Assembly (NCBI RefSeq): GCF_009914755.1 | Contig: NC_060938.1 | Length of the DNA: 64,000 nt | Source: the human T2T-CHM13v2.0 reference genome, Homo sapiens | Reading direction: 5' to 3' (one strand) | Shown here: piece after piece, positions 12,470-27,677 of the stretch | Layout of the letters: each line of letters begins with the position of its first letter | Numbering within the stretch: the first letter of the stretch is position 1 | Position numbers and translations under genes: made by a program | The notes under the pieces: generated by a model | Database searches by the model: none | What the model saw: only the letters and a program-made list of their open reading frames with translations | Told to the model about the DNA's origin: nothing

Positions 12470-15400
12470 TGGGGTGCATAAGATATTTTGATACAGGCAT
12501 ATAGTGTGTGTTGATCATATCAGGGTAAAGGTGTCCATCACCTCAAGCATTTATCCTTTCTTTGTATTACAGACAATCCAGTTATACTCTTAGTTACTTT
12601 AAAATGTACGATAAATTATTGTTGACTGTAGTCACCCTGTTGTGCTATCAAATACTAGATCTTATTCATGCTAACTATATTTTTGTACCCATTAACCATC
12701 CCTACTTCCCCCCACCCTCTGTATTTTGTGTTGCAAAGCTCAATTATAGGTTATTCAACCCTTTCCCTTCAGAGAAAGTGATTCCTTAATTTGGAATTTG
12801 GAAAATTCTGTCATTGATTATTCTTTTTCTGGTAAATAACTAATAACATGTTATAATGGTTTAGTATAGATTCTGGTATATTTGTTTACTAACAGTTTCC
12901 CTTTTTCTCTAGTTATATTTAAAAAGAAAGTTGCTTTAGTTTCTTACTCACTGAGTCAAGTGATACAATGTCTGTAGCTTTCTAGAAAGAGGTAGATTTC
13001 CAGTCAGAAAGTGGTGAGAGTTCTGCTCTTCTCTCTGGAGTTAGGGCCTGAAAACTTAAACTTAGCTATTATCAGAAACAAGTTTGTGTCCAGTAATCAC
13101 TTTAAATGTTTTTTGTTTCCTCTTACCTGTTTTCATATTCTCGATTCTTATTTTCTGTTTGTGCTTTCTTTTTTTTGTTTTCCCTTTTCTAATAGGTTTA
13201 ATTAATATTTTCTCCCCTTTTAAAAATAAGATTTATTCTGGATATGTTTATTCATTCTATTGTTTTCTAATTCATTATTTTCTTGCCTTATCTTTACTAA
13301 TTCCTTCTTTCTGCTTTCCTTAACTTTGTTCCACTATTTCAATATTTCTCCCCACCTTGAGTTAAATGCTTCATTTATTTTCATTCACTCTTGGTATTTT
13401 TTTCACTATATAAAAGCTATGAATTTTTCTCTGAACATTGCTCTCATTATATTACATAAATTCTGATCTATCTTTAATTGGCTTTCTGGGCAAGGAGTTA
13501 AGAGATATTCTACTAAGCAAGCAAAGTTGAATTTAAATTACTTGTGCTATTTTGGAAGATGAGTATAGAATATTGAAGTTGTTGGGTATTTCTGAAAAAT
13601 CATTATATTTGGCCTACAATTTCAACTGCTTAGCCTATTAAAACTTTTAGTGGCATTTCCTGCAAAACTTTTTATTTCATTGTGTTTGTGTGTGCATGTG
13701 TATATGTATGTATTTAAAAAACATTTTGCTAGGCTCTTAAGAGTCTTCCAGGCTTTGGTACTAAGCCATGGGGATGATATAACACATAGTCCTCAGCATG
13801 AAATAACTCACTCTCTTGTAATGGTGGCAGCTACATAAACAGATGGTAATAGTAACATGGAATATGCATGACAGAGATAGTCTGAGGGAATAACAACCAC
13901 TAAAAGAGGCCCCGAACCCAGCTTGTGGGTGGGAATGGGGAAAAAGCTGAACTAGCCTTCTTGGAAGAGATTATATCTAAACTGAATCTTAAAGATAGGC
14001 AGGTAGATGGCAGAAGAAGGGGAGAAACAGTTTACAGAATAAAAACTCACTTGTGCATATGTAGCGAAACGAGTGACAGGCTAAGGATGTCACAGGATGG
14101 AGAGTCAGCAGGGACTAGCTAGGAATGAAGTTGGGCGAGAAGGCAAGGGCTGGTTCAGGGAGAGCTTTCATGCCGTGTGAAGGAACTTGTCCTTTGTCTC
14201 TTAGATGATGGAGATTCTCTGAGACACAATTGCTTTGCCTTTTAGCTGGACCACTCAGGTAGCTTGAAGAGGATGGATTTGGAGGATGAGGCAGTGCCAC
14301 TCCTTTTTCCTCCATGCTCGCTGGTGAAGATAATGAGGAACAGTGAACTAGCTAAAGGTAAAGAAGCAAAGTATTCTGACAAGCCAAAAATTTGATGATA
14401 AAACATAGAGGGACTCAGAATTTACATTAGAGGTTAGATTCTTAAGAAATCTGTGTGGCAAAAACAGAAGCTCATATCCTGTGTAGTTACTACTACTCCT
14501 GCTGTGATTTAACTTTGTTTATAGCCTAAAACACATAAAAATATCAAACTTTCCCTGCCATGTGAGCAGCGGCCACTTCAAAAAATCTGTGCAAGCACGT
14601 GTATACTTGAAATATAAAGAGATAAATGTTCTCAACTACCACCATTCAACAAATAACTTAGAAATCTGAGCAGAGAGCAGGTCAAATTTAATTCTTTCCC
14701 TTGGCCCAAGAGAGGCTGGTTGTCTTTTGGAGATGAGATTTTTTGGAAATCTATGTGTATGTCCCTGAAAGCAGGGTTTTCTAGAAACATCTTGCACCTG
14801 GGCTGGGGGCAGGAGAAGTGTCGTGGTGGCCAATAGGGTACTGAGCTTCCGTGTGAAGTCTCACTATCTCTGCCTGACTCCATGCTGGAAGGGAGTGTAG
14901 TGCTCTGAAGAGATGTAGCCCTTTGTGGTTATTGCCATTAGTGAACAGAAGAATGTGGTGAATTAGCCCAGCTTTGTGGTGAGAAGTGGGAGGCAGGGAA
15001 TCAGAGGGAGCGCTGGCCCTCTCCGTGCAGGCAAGCCTGAGACTGCAGGACCCAGCTATCATTAGGAGCAACTCCAGCTCTTCCAGCCTGGGAGTTTAAT
15101 CAAAGGGATAACAGCAGACCACCCAGGCGGGGGCTCCAGTGTGAACGAATGTGCTGTGTCAGTCTCTGCTCCCCAACCAGCCAGTGCCCGGGATGTGGCC
15201 AGGCCTCCTGGAAATGTGCTGACAGATACAGAGAGGGGAGGAGATACTTTTTGCTCTTCACATTTTTCATTTAGATGGAGAGTGGGAAAAAAAAAATCCA
15301 TTCTATTTCTTTCATTTTTCTTGCTCCTTACCCTGAGACTTCCCTGCCTGGTCCTAGAGAAAGATAGATGCGGAGGTACATAAAGCTTGATTCACAGCAG

Positions 15401-17134
15401 TTAAACTCTCTCACTCTCTCTATACAAAGGAATTCTTTATCATTTCTTCTGCTTCCGCAGCTAACACCGTAAGGGTCCACAGTGGACCCTGAGTGAATCT
15501 CAATTTCAGAAATTCCAAATGAAGAGAGACGGAGCTAAATCTTTGAAATGGTTACAGATGTTCTCTAGGATTGAGGCAGATGGCGCCCAGTTTATCACAA
15601 GCTTCAGCAATTGGCACTGGAAACTCTTTCTGCCTCCTTAGTTTATCTGGACACATTTGAACTTAGGTACATTTGTGCTCAGATTTTGTGGCCGTTTGTT
15701 AACCCTAGTTCCTTTAGTTTCATATTCTTTCTTAGTAGAAAAAGTTGTTGTTCTTTTTACCATATACATTATTCTTTCCCATTTCTAGAAGCAGGAAAGG
15801 GTAAATAGAAAAAGGCATAAGCTCTTGAGTCAGCAAGACCTTGGACAAGTTGTTTAACCTCCCTGTGCCTTGATTTCCTCATCTGTAAAATGGGGTAGTT
15901 TTGGTATCAAGACCAATTCTTCTCTTGGCTACTTGTGCCTCTCTGTTCCAGGACCTGGCTCCAGTTGATCTGATCTAATTTCCTAGCTTTTCTAGGTCTT
16001 GAGGCTTGAAGCTCTCATTTTCTTTAGTTCCTGGCCTACTGCATGGTCTCTTGTTTTAAAATAGCCTTTGTTTTACTCTGCCACCCCTTTAAACTCATCT
16101 TACTTGTACTGCCAAACTTCTTTTAAAATAACACACCCTTGTTGGCTCTAGTCTCCCTTCTGCCCCTCCACCCCTACACACTTGCTCTTGCAGTCTGACT
16201 TCATCTCTTACATTTGTCCATCTCTCTCTCAAAGGCCACTCATGACCTCAGAATTGCCAACTTCAGTCACTATTTTTAATCTTCTTCCTTTAGCATGTGG
16301 CACTATTATCAACGGCTTCTTAGGTGAAAATTTCCCTTAGCTTTTCTAACCCTTCAGTAATTCCTCTGAGAAATCATTGCTTCCTCCTGCTCTCCCTGAA
16401 AACTAGATTCCATTTTCAACATGTTTTTCAGAGCCACTGGCATATAGATCTTATGTGTATAAAGTTGATCATAGCAGAGTGGCTCTGGTTGAAGAAGGTG
16501 GAGTGGCCCCTGGGCATCTGCTTCTCCCTGGTCTTTTGGGATCCTCCAGCATATCTCTGAATTCTAGGCTGTAATCCTCAGAACTTCTTTTTCCTCTCCA
16601 TACTTTCCCCTGGGATAAAGTTCCTTTTCCTGTGATTTCATCCTGGTACTTCTCTATGGATTTCTCCCAAGTATATATCTTTAGTTTGAGCCTTTGCTGA
16701 GAGTCAGGTCCACATTTCCACCTGTGAGACATTTCTACCTAACTATATTGCAGAACATTCAAAATACTTGATGTATTTTGAACATATTTTGAAAATACTC
16801 AGAAAAGTCTTAAACATATTTAAAACTTATTTGCCTCTTTTTGTTCTTCTCTATATTAGTGACATTGCAATTCTTGGAATTCTAGAATCCCAGGGAATTT
16901 AGGAATGGAGCCATTGGTTTATCAGTGCCTCTCTTCACTTCCTCATTCTATGTCCAGGCAGTTGTCAAGATTCTACAGTGTCTCTGATACCTATCCTGTT
17001 TTTCACTTTTCCATCTACTGTCCTGCTTAAGGCCTTTATTATCTCTTGGATGGAGAGCTGCAATTACCTTTTCACTGGTTTCTTGGCCAGTCTCTTCCTG
17101 TTCACCCTAGTCTTTGCTTTGCTCTGAAAGATTC

Positions 17135-17434
17135 TTTTTTTTTTTTTTTTGAGATGCAGTCTCACTCTGTTGCTCAGACTGGAGTGCAGTGGTGCGCGAT
17201 CTCAGCTCACTACAATCTCTGCCTCCCAGGTTCAAGTGATTCTCCTGCCTCAGCCTCCCAAGTAGCTGGGATTACAGATGCCTGCCGCCATGCCGGGCTA
17301 ATTTTTGTATTTTTAGTAGAGATGGGGTTTCACCATCTTGGCCAGAGTGGTTTCAAACTCCTGACCTCAAGTGATCTGTCCGCTTCAGCCTTTCAAAGTG
17401 CTGGGAATTCAGGTGTGAGCCACTGTGCCCGGCC
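17135..17434 (-). mobile_element. AluS (Sx-like)
   Basis: Dimeric Alu with polyT and gacctcaagtgatc. Confidence 0.9.
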
Positions 17435-18269
17435 ATAATGGATCCTTTCCTAAATCACAAGTCTCATCATGGTACTCTTCTGCTTAAGAATCTCGAGGGC
17501 CTTCTGTTGTCTATAATGGGAAGCCCAGGCTGTTAAATGTGATTCAAAGCCTTTATTTAGAATCTGGCTCCAGGCTACTTTTCCAGCCTGTCTCCCTACT
17601 ATCACACATGTTTTTGTGCAGCTCAACTAGAATTTCTGTTAGTCTCCATGCCTTATGCTATCTTCTCATGGAAAATGTTCCCCAGTTGCCATGTCTAATC
17701 TGGGCATCTGTCCAGGCTCAGTGTAGATGCCACTTCACTCATATGCATACTCTTTCACTCATCACACTAGGTATGTCAAGATAGCTCTCTCTTTTAACAG
17801 ACAGTGAACTCCTTGAGGGCAGTGTCCTTTGCTGCCTCAGCACCTGACTCATTGGTAGTACTCAAAAAATGTGCTGATTCGACTGGACTACAAGGTAATT
17901 CATTGAGAATTGGATCATGTCCATTTTTTTCACCAGTTTTTTCCCAGCCTGCTAGATATTAATAGTATGCACTCAGTACGTATTTTTTGAATAAATAAGT
18001 AAATGAAGAACCCTCTGCTGCCTTAGCCAGAAGTCATCTTTCTATTCTGTGTGCTCCTTCATTCCTTCATTACTTTTTATAACAGATCTATTATAATTAT
18101 TTTGCATCTTTTCTTTCCTGTTTTGCACTAAACTACATGATGCAGTTCTTTCTAACTCATCACCTAGCGCAAGGCCTTTCACTTGGCAGTCATCACATGC
18201 TTGCTAAATTGAAAAGAATTTCTTTTTTACATTTTGTAGGTTTTTATATTTTCTTTAAAAACGATTGAT

Positions 18270-18552
18270 GGCTGGGTGCAGTGGCGCACTCCTATAATCC
18301 CAGCACTTTGGGAGGCCGAGGTGGGTGGATCGCTTGAGCTCGGGAGTTCTAGGCCAGCCTGGGGAACATGGCAAAACCCCAACTCCACAAAAAAGACAAA
18401 AATTAGCCAGGTGCGGTGGCACGTGCCTGTAGTCCCAGCTACTCTGGAGGCTGAGGTGGGAGGATCGATTGAGCCCAAGAGCTGCAGTGTGCCATAACTG
18501 CACCACTGCACTCCAACCTCGGCTACAAAGTAAGAAAGACCCTGTGTCAAAA
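18270..18552 (+). mobile_element. AluJ
   Basis: ggatcgcttgagctc and ggaggatcgattgagccc J-type features. Confidence 0.88.
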
Positions 18553-19880
18553 TTTTTTCATTGATAACACCATACCTGCCCTTCATAATTAAGCAGTTGA
18601 CATTAATCAGATGCTTACTTTGTACTAGGCACTGTGCCAAGGACTTTATATGCATTATCTCTTTAACCCTAATGAGGTGTAGGTACTTACTTTTTGCCAA
18701 TTAAGATGAAGAAATAGAAGCTGGTAGGATAAGTGACTCTGCTAATGTCACACAGATGGCAAGTTACTGTGCTAAGACTCAAACTCAGCTCTGTCTGACT
18801 CTGTGCTCTTTACCTCAGTGTTTTTCTGTCTCTTTCGGTGTGAATAAGGACTCAAACCTCTCATTAGACGAAAGTGACCGAACTTCACCCTGTGAGCTTG
18901 TTGTTCCATGATGTTGCTACAGAGTTGTAGCCAAGCCTATACTTGTGCCTGCTCAGAGAAACAAGGAGTTGAACTTTGTTTTCTTGATTTGAAATGCTTC
19001 TCTAGTTCTTGAAGCAGCTTGCAAAACATGTGGCTCTGTTGAGAATTATCAGTTATTTGTTGGGCAAACTCCTCATCAGATTATTTTATAGTATAGTCAA
19101 CTGATTCTTCGACCAGACAAAACTCAGCCTTGTTAATCACTAGAGATGCAATAAGAATAGATCTTATGATGGCAGCAGCAACTCCCCCTGTCAACACACA
19201 AAATCTACATGTATAAATTGGAAACCCTACGAAGAGATTTGCCCATTTTGTCAGGTTTCCCAGGAATGTCTCTGGCAAATCTTGATCTGGAACTCTGTCT
19301 GGATTTTGGAACACTAAATGTCTATATATATACGTATATTATGAAAATGATGGAGCTCAGCAGAAAGAGAAGATATGCCAAGAGAATTTAGTGCTGAGGT
19401 ATTGGAACTGCAGAGATTCCCTGCTTTTCCTGACCCCCTTTAAAATATAATTAACATTTAACCCTTCTCTCCTGGTGATTGGAGTGTGAATTTCTTGAGG
19501 TTTATTTTATCAGCATCCAGGAATTGAAGAAGGAATTGAATTGTGGCTAGTGATTTAATAAATGCTCGTGAAGTGCTTTTGGAGGACTGTTCAAAATGTA
19601 ACTGTTTAAGATAGTTCTTTTCATTTTTCTGATTGAATATATTCTCTAATATTTCTCCATTGGTGAAAATCTTGTAATTGGTGCAGATCTGGCACTTTTG
19701 GTTTTCCTCTTCTTTTACCTTGAGTGAAACAGATCTTGGTCCACTGATATTTCCTATTCAAGGATTACCTTTTGCTCTAGCAAAACAGGTGAAAACAGGA
19801 ACAGATCCTGTTCCAGATCATTCAGAGCCCCATGGCTGCAGGAATCAAAGCTATGGCATGTTCAATTGATCCAGTCATAT

Positions 19881-20028
19881 TCTTTTTTTCTTATTTTTTA
19901 AAATTTTTATATAGAGGTGAGGTCTCACTGTGTTGCCCAGACTGATCTCGAACTCCTGGGCTCAAGTGATCCTCCTGCCTTGGCCTCCCAAAGTGCTGGA
20001 TTATAGGTGTGTGCCACCATGCCCAGCT
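19881..20028 (-). mobile_element. Alu left monomer (FLAM_C-like)
   Basis: Single arm; TSD-like tgatcc(a/t)gtca(t/g)att on both sides. Confidence 0.8.
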
Positions 20029-20197
20029 GATCCTGTCAGATTTTGATATAGCTATACATATCAGGATATATATAAGGAATATATATATATATATTCTTTA
20101 TATATGAACACCACAGAGAACATTATTTTCAAATGACATTGAGGTAGTTTTGAGGATAATATGAATGCACATTTAGACAAATTTATCCTTTTATCAG

Positions 20198-20392
20198 TTG
20201 AAGTGATTCTTAACCTTTTTGGATTCAGAAGTCTCTTGGAGAATCTAATTAAAGCTTTATTCCTCCTCCTGAAAAAATATACACTCAAACTTATAAATTT
20301 GCATTAATTTCAAAGGGTTCAAATACCTTCACCCTCAATCAGGCTCTGTCTTGATGCTCCATGGACTTATGGTCTCTAAGTTAAGATCCCCT
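20198..20392. mobile_element. hAT-Charlie MITE relic (MER103-like)
   Basis: gtgattcttaacc ... gttaagatcccctg inverted termini. Confidence 0.45.
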
Positions 20393-20559
20393 GAAAGTGT
20401 TTAGGTAGCATATAACCATTAATATCAATAATTTGGCCCAAACTCCAAATCTATGAGTATCTTTGTTTTATACATTCTTTATATATTTCAGTGATAGCCC
20501 CACATTAGGCTGTAATCTCCATGAAGGCAAGGATTTGGGGGTTATTCATATATCACAGT

Positions 20560-21182
20560 GTTACATATTTTGGGGGGTACATATGATGTTTAGATACATC
20601 TATACAATGTGTTATGATCAAGTCAGAGTAATTGGGATATCCGTTGCTTCAAAGATTTATCTTTTCTTTGTGTTGGGAACATTAACAAGTCTTCCCTTGT
20701 GACTATTTTGAGATATACAATAAATTGTTAACTGCAATTTTCCTACTATACTTTCGAATACTAGAACTTATTCATTTTATCTAACTGTATTTTTGTACTC
20801 ATGAATCAATATCTCTTCTCCTTCCCCTTTTTCCCTTCTCAGCTCTGGTAACCATCATTCTATTCTCTATCTCCATGAAATCCACTCTTTTAGTTCCCAG
20901 ATATGAGTGAGAACATGCAATTTTTGTGTTTCTGTTCTTCACTTATTACATTTAACATAATGACCTCCAGTTCCATCTATGTTCTGCAAATGACAGGATT
21001 TCATTCTTTTTGTGGCCGAACTATATTCCTCTATGTATATATGTCACATTTTTTTTAATCCATTCATCCGTTGATGGACACTTAGGTTGATACCCAGCAG
21101 TGGGATTGCTAGATCATATGGTTGTTGTATTTTTAGCTTTTTGAGGAACCTGTATACTGTTTTCCATATTGACTGTGCTACT
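20560..21182 (-). mobile_element. L1MA 3' end fragment
   Basis: ggggtacatatg, atgagtgagaacatgc, gcaaatgacaggatttcattc, gggattgctagatcatatgg. Confidence 0.8.
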
Positions 21183-21430
21183 TGACTGTTTTTTGTCATT
21201 GTTTTATCCTTAATGCTCAAAAGAATGGCAAGCCCAGAGTAGGTGCCTGAGAAATATTAGTTTGAATTAGTGAACTAATCTTAGGAAACAGCATTCCTAG
21301 ACCTTCTCAGACAAGAATTATCTAAAATTTTTCTGGACCTGCTACAATGAGGAAATTGAGCTATGGCAAGATTATAAACTGCATTGGGAATGCTTTGCTA
21401 CCAGTTACTCCCATGTTAAGCTCTTATTAA

Positions 21431-21770
<340 letters not shown>

Positions 21771-22261
21771 CTAAATCTTTAATGCTTAATTTTCTTCTCC
21801 ATTTCGATAAATAAGATGCATGAAATTTGCAGACATCCTTAGTGAACCTGAGATTAGTTTGAGTCCATTGCAAATGGTTTCTTAGGCCTTTGCAGTTTCA
21901 GGGGCATGAAGAAACAAATATACACATTGTGTGCACAAGGCACAACATCTGTATGTCAAAGCTGTTATTTCATCCATTTAAGATCAAGCAAAAATCCTCT
22001 CTAAAATTATTCAGGGCACAGCAAGAGCAACACATCTCTCAACTCTAGTCACTGATCATTTTATTTCCCTGAATTCTAAAGCAGTCCCTCCCTTGTGGCC
22101 CAGGCAAAAAGAGGTGATTTGGGACTCCTAATTTCCTTGATAGCCTTGCAGAGACATTAACCACTTTTCTACTCAACTGGTGAAACTAGCTGCTAACTGG
22201 AGGTAGGGGGTGGGAGGGAGAAATAGAGGGGGTGGGGAAAGAGAGGGAATGAAAGAAAGAG

Positions 22262-22264
<3 letters not shown>

Positions 22265-22305
<41 letters not shown>

Positions 22306-22314
22306 TGTGTGTGT
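22265..22314. repeat. (GT)n microsatellite
   Basis: About 25 units with one interruption. Confidence 0.95.
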
Positions 22315-23893
22315 TTGGGAGTAGAAGGGTCTGCAACCAAGGTTCTCATATAGCATGGTTCTGTCAGAACCTGTGAGCAGGCTTACTGTTGTCTACTAGA
22401 TCAAGGACAGAATCATTAGTCTGACATTCAAGGGCCTCCCCAAGCTGTTTATCTGTCTGTCCCTATCTTCTATGACGCGAAGCTTTTGCTGAATTAGACT
22501 ACTTTCTGTTTCTCAGATGTTCTCCCTGCTTGTCTGACGATTTTTCTTTCCTCCTACCTATTATTTTAGGCCCAGCCCAGATGCCATTTTTTAATTTCTT
22601 TAGCTGTTCTTTTATGGCACTTACTGCATTCTGGAGGTCTTAAATACTGCTTTTTGTCTTACAATCTTGTCTGGCCTAGTAATTATAAATTCCAACATGG
22701 CTTGAGGGCAGGGAAGGGCCACGTTTTTATCTGCACATGCGTTAGCGCTTTCCTCAAGGCTTTACCTGTGATAGGCAATACAGCACTTACTATCTTTGAG
22801 GTGTGGACTTCTCTTAAGCATTCGGGACTGCAGCATTTTTGAGAGCATGCAGCATTGAAATAGCTAGGCTTGTCTTCAAACCCTCTTCACATACCAAAAG
22901 GTTATGTATCTGGGTGGATGGTGGGTATCTTCTAAGAATCAACAGGGAAGCTCCATCATATTTTAATTATAGTGCTGGCAGCAGTACGACTTTTAACAAA
23001 CAGCAGTAACAAGAAGTAACACTTGGGCGGGCCAGCCACCGGAAATTGGCCTCTTTCTCTGGGTTTCTCCTACCCCCTTTTCAATCCATCACCTGGATTT
23101 ATTCCTGCTATAATTTAAACACCTGTCTAGATGGTATGCATGCAATGTGTCCCTACCCCACACATTCAGATATTTGCTCACCTGCCTTATTCGGAAGATT
23201 GGCTCTAAAATAAACAGTGATTTGGTACTAAAGGAAAAACGCACTGAGGTCACCGTGGCAATGGACATGAGGCAGAGAATGGGAGTGGAACATCTGGATA
23301 AGCTGCTCCAGGAGAGTGGGAGCAGAGGAAGAGGAAAAGCAGGAGCAGGGGGAGGAGGAGGAGAGCAAGGGGTGAAACATCTGCCAAGCAGGCCCCAAAG
23401 CTTAGGTGGAGGTAGGATCTTGTGACCAGATTTCCCACAGGCAGTTACTCACTTAGCAGCAGCCAGCTAGAGGGAGGCAGGGGCAGAGACATGTGGAACA
23501 AGTTGACTGTTTTTAGGCTTAAATTTCTTGTTTTTTTGTTTTTTCGTTGTTACCACTATTTCTCAGGGCAGCATAGCAAGTAATCTTGGAATTTTCTGAA
23601 GTTTGTCCTAAGCTGTTTTGTCCACTTTTGCATTCTTGGCATATTTAATGATTACTCTTTTTAATGTTTGAGCATCTGAACAACATTGAGAAATAGTAAA
23701 ACCTTAAAGTTGCTAATGAAACTATTTTCCCTTCTCATTCCCCTTTGTTGTTTTGTAACTTGTCTTCACCCCATCAAAGGCATTTCTGCTGTTTTTTGGA
23801 AAATCCCCTGCCCGTGAGCTTTGTGGAGGAGAGGAAGCATTGAATGGTTCCTTTTACCTGTTCTCTCGTTTCCTTAGCTACCATTCCTGGTAA

Positions 23894-24080
23894 CAAGTGC
23901 TTCTCAAACTCTGCAATGCAAGTAAGTTTCCCGTGGATCTTGAAAATGCAAATTTTGGTTCAGTGCAGCTGGGGCTGGGGCTGGGGCTGGGGCTGTGGCT
24001 GGGCCAAGATTCTGCATTTTTAATATGCTCCCAGTAATGCAGGTGCTCTTGGTCCAGAGACCAAATTCTAAGTCGCAAGG
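23894..24080. mobile_element. MER5-family hAT MITE containing a (GGGGCT)n expansion
   Basis: caagtgcttctcaaact start, aaaatgcaaatt, attctgcatttttaa...ctcccag. Confidence 0.75.
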
Positions 24081-24303
24081 CTCAGTGGTACAAGGCAGTG
24101 AGATAACACAGTGATTAAAACAACAAGATTGGGAGAATTTTCATCAGGCAGACCAGGAATTGAATCCAGGGGCTGACACATAATAATTATTTGTTCTTGA
24201 GCAAGTTATTTTATCTCTCAACCTCAGTTTCCCCATCTACCTGTCTTGAAGACTAAGTAGGTTAATATACATAAAATATGCTTAGCATGTTGCCTGGAAC
24301 AAG

Positions 24304-24757
<454 letters not shown>

Positions 24758-25102
24758 TAGTGGATCTAAAACGTAGCATATTAAAATTGATTATAGTAGA
24801 ACGTTTTAAAGGTCCAAACACAGACTTATAAGCTTCTTATGTGTATATACTTGTGTTTTTCACTTAAAGATGTTGATTAGCTTTACCAGTAGGGCATGTT
24901 CTTTGAGTCATGGTTTCAATTAAAAAAAAAAAAAAAAGCTATAGGTTTTCAACTATCTCCTGTCTGTTTTCCAGACCCCTTTGTGACCAATAACATGAAT
25001 TCGTAGGTTGGCAAGCCTAGATTTAATAGCACAGACACTAGTTATTAGCCCAGAGAAGCCAACTGGCCCAATGGCTATGACCTCCACTTTAATATCCTAA
25101 TA

Positions 25103-25303
25103 TAGGTTGAGTGTCCCTAATTTAAAAATCCAAAATCCAAACTGCTCTAAAATTTGAAACTTTTTGAGCCACCTACATGATATTTCAAGTTTTCAGATTT
25201 GGGATGCTCAATTGGTATAATGCAAATATTCCAAAATACAAAAAAATCTGAAATGCAAAACACTTTTGGTCCCAAGTATTTCTGTTAAGGGACAGTTAAC
25301 CTG
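25103..25303. mobile_element. Tigger4a/MER46-like TcMar MITE
   Basis: TIRs taggttgagtgtccct ... agggacagttaacctg with TA on both sides. Confidence 0.8.
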
Positions 25304-25875
25304 TACTACTAACAAAAATGGTGAGCCAGTGATTGATTTTGTGAGTGGTGCTGTCTCTTCATGTACTGTAAGCCTGTTCTTTTAAAAAATTATTTAGCAA
25401 TGAAATGTTGATCATCGTTGTATATCAGGTACCTGTAAGTGCTCTTTATCACTTTCTCTTCATTTGATCAGAGCTGGTTTTGTTATGTTATTTGGAGAAA
25501 TGTAGATGGATAGAGAAGTGGATGTAGCCTGGTAACGTCTATAATCATCATCTTTCTGTCCTGTTAGGGAAGAAACCTTCAGGTATGAACCCTAATTGGC
25601 TTGTAGGGTTTATTAAGGTCTCATCCGATACTGGGAGATTTTCCCTGCCCTTAGGTCTTCTCTAGGCAGGACAAGGCAGTTCTAAAGCCAGAATTGATGC
25701 TTAGATTCGTTTTTGTTCAGTGACTCCTTCTGCCCATTCTGGAAAAAAGTGGGAAGCTGAAAAGAAAGACCAGAGGTTTTCTTACTTAATTTAATCTAGA
25801 GATAATTTGCTTGGTGCAAAATTTAGTCAGGTGTAAATCTGTATACGTAACATTTAGCCAGATCTGATTGAGAGT

Positions 25876-26071
25876 CTAGAGCTGTGCTGTGCAATAAGGT
25901 AACCACTAGCTACATCTGGCTTTTAAATTTTAAATTATATAAAGTTTAAAATCCAGTTCCTCAGTCATAGCAGGCATATTTCACATGCATAGTAGTCACA
26001 TGTGGCTAGGGGTTACTGTATTGAACAGTGCACATTACAGAACATTTCCATTATCACAGATCATTCTAGAA
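25876..26071. mobile_element. MER3-like hAT-Charlie element
   Basis: gtgctgtgcaata..gtaaccactagctacat...cacatgtggctag...gaacatttccatt. Confidence 0.75.
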
Positions 26072-27268
26072 GATAGAAAATGATTTATTTCACTTGTTTT
26101 TCTGATAGATCAGTGATGGCTACTTGGAGAAATGTGTAAAGAAGATTCTGAGACCATCTCCAAGTCAGCCCCGAGTTGCTTGATTATGGGTTAGCAGTAT
26201 GAGTCCTAGGAAGAGACTGCTGGGTGAGGGATGTAGGGGTGTTAGCTCTGGCATATGTGCTGAGTGTCTTCTAGACAAAAAATCCACAAGTCTAAGAATA
26301 GAATATTTAATCTAGAGGGGCAGGTTATTATCATTTGGTAGGAACAGATTTTTTGTTTTCTTTTAGCAGGAATCCTTTAGAGAGAAAGGTGAGAAGCTTT
26401 TAAAGTTTTCTCATTCCTTGTATAGTCTCTCATTTAAGTAGCAGTCACTTTTGCTGTTTCTCAAATTAACAATGATACTTTGCTTTTGCATAAAACAAAA
26501 TCACAGTGGCTGCCACTTCTTGGTTTATCCATCACATCAGGAATGGTTGTTATGTGAATAAACGTAACCCTCCAATAATCCAAAAGTAATTTCATGATCA
26601 AGTCACTTTTTACCTGCCAAGAAACAAAACTGGCCGAGGATGTTTTTCTTTGTTTTACTTCTTTAATGTCTTCTGATGAAAGATAACAAGTGGGAAGTAA
26701 AATCAAAGGGAAAGAAGGAAAAGCTGGTATAGTTTTGTCAATCTCTGTATAATCACTGTTTTAAGAATTTGAGGTCTGTATCTGATGATATTTTAAAAAT
26801 CTCTAATAATTAAGGGTAACTAGGATTGTTTTCCTACTAGTTTCCAAACTAGAAAAGATTTTTAAAACTGGAGTACCAGTTCTGCAACTTTTATGTGACT
26901 TTGAGCAAATTGCTTATCATAACCTCTCTGAGCCTTAGTTTCTCCACTTGTGAAATGGTGTGGAACAGTATCTACCTCTGTGAATAATGGGTAAGGACTA
27001 AGTGAAATATAAAACCCAGAGTGCCTAACACCGCTACTGTAAGGACTCATTAAACCATATTATTTGGGAAAAGTAGACCACATGCGCTGGAAGGCGAACA
27101 CTCTCTGTTCTGTCTTGGCCCTGCCACTTACAGGTGTGTGACTGTTGTCTAGTTGTTTACCCTCTTTTGACTTTGGCTTCCCCTTTTGTAAAATGGGTAA
27201 CAGTAGAACCTGTTACAAAGGGATTGCTTGGGGTTAAATGAGATAATGCACTTCAAGATCATGCAAGA

Positions 27269-27677
<409 letters not shown>

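Larger units (their letters stand above)
6478..12716 (-). mobile_element. L1MA 3' end fragment split by the L1PB (pieces 6478-6531 and 12470-12716)
   Basis: gtgggtacataggtgtatatatttatggggtacat... resumes after the L1PB as ...gatattttgatacaggcat...catcacctcaagcatttatc. Confidence 0.78.

Noticed and set aside
17046-18700. 130-157 aa ORFs (also 38657-39094 and 61249-61563)
   Set aside because: Typical Alu-derived translations (e.g. [14 protein letters not shown]).
19081-19216. Possible phase-0 cryptic exon after ttttatagtatag (STDSSTRQNSALL...)
   Set aside because: Weak pyrimidine tract, and no homology or transcript support is available from sequence alone.
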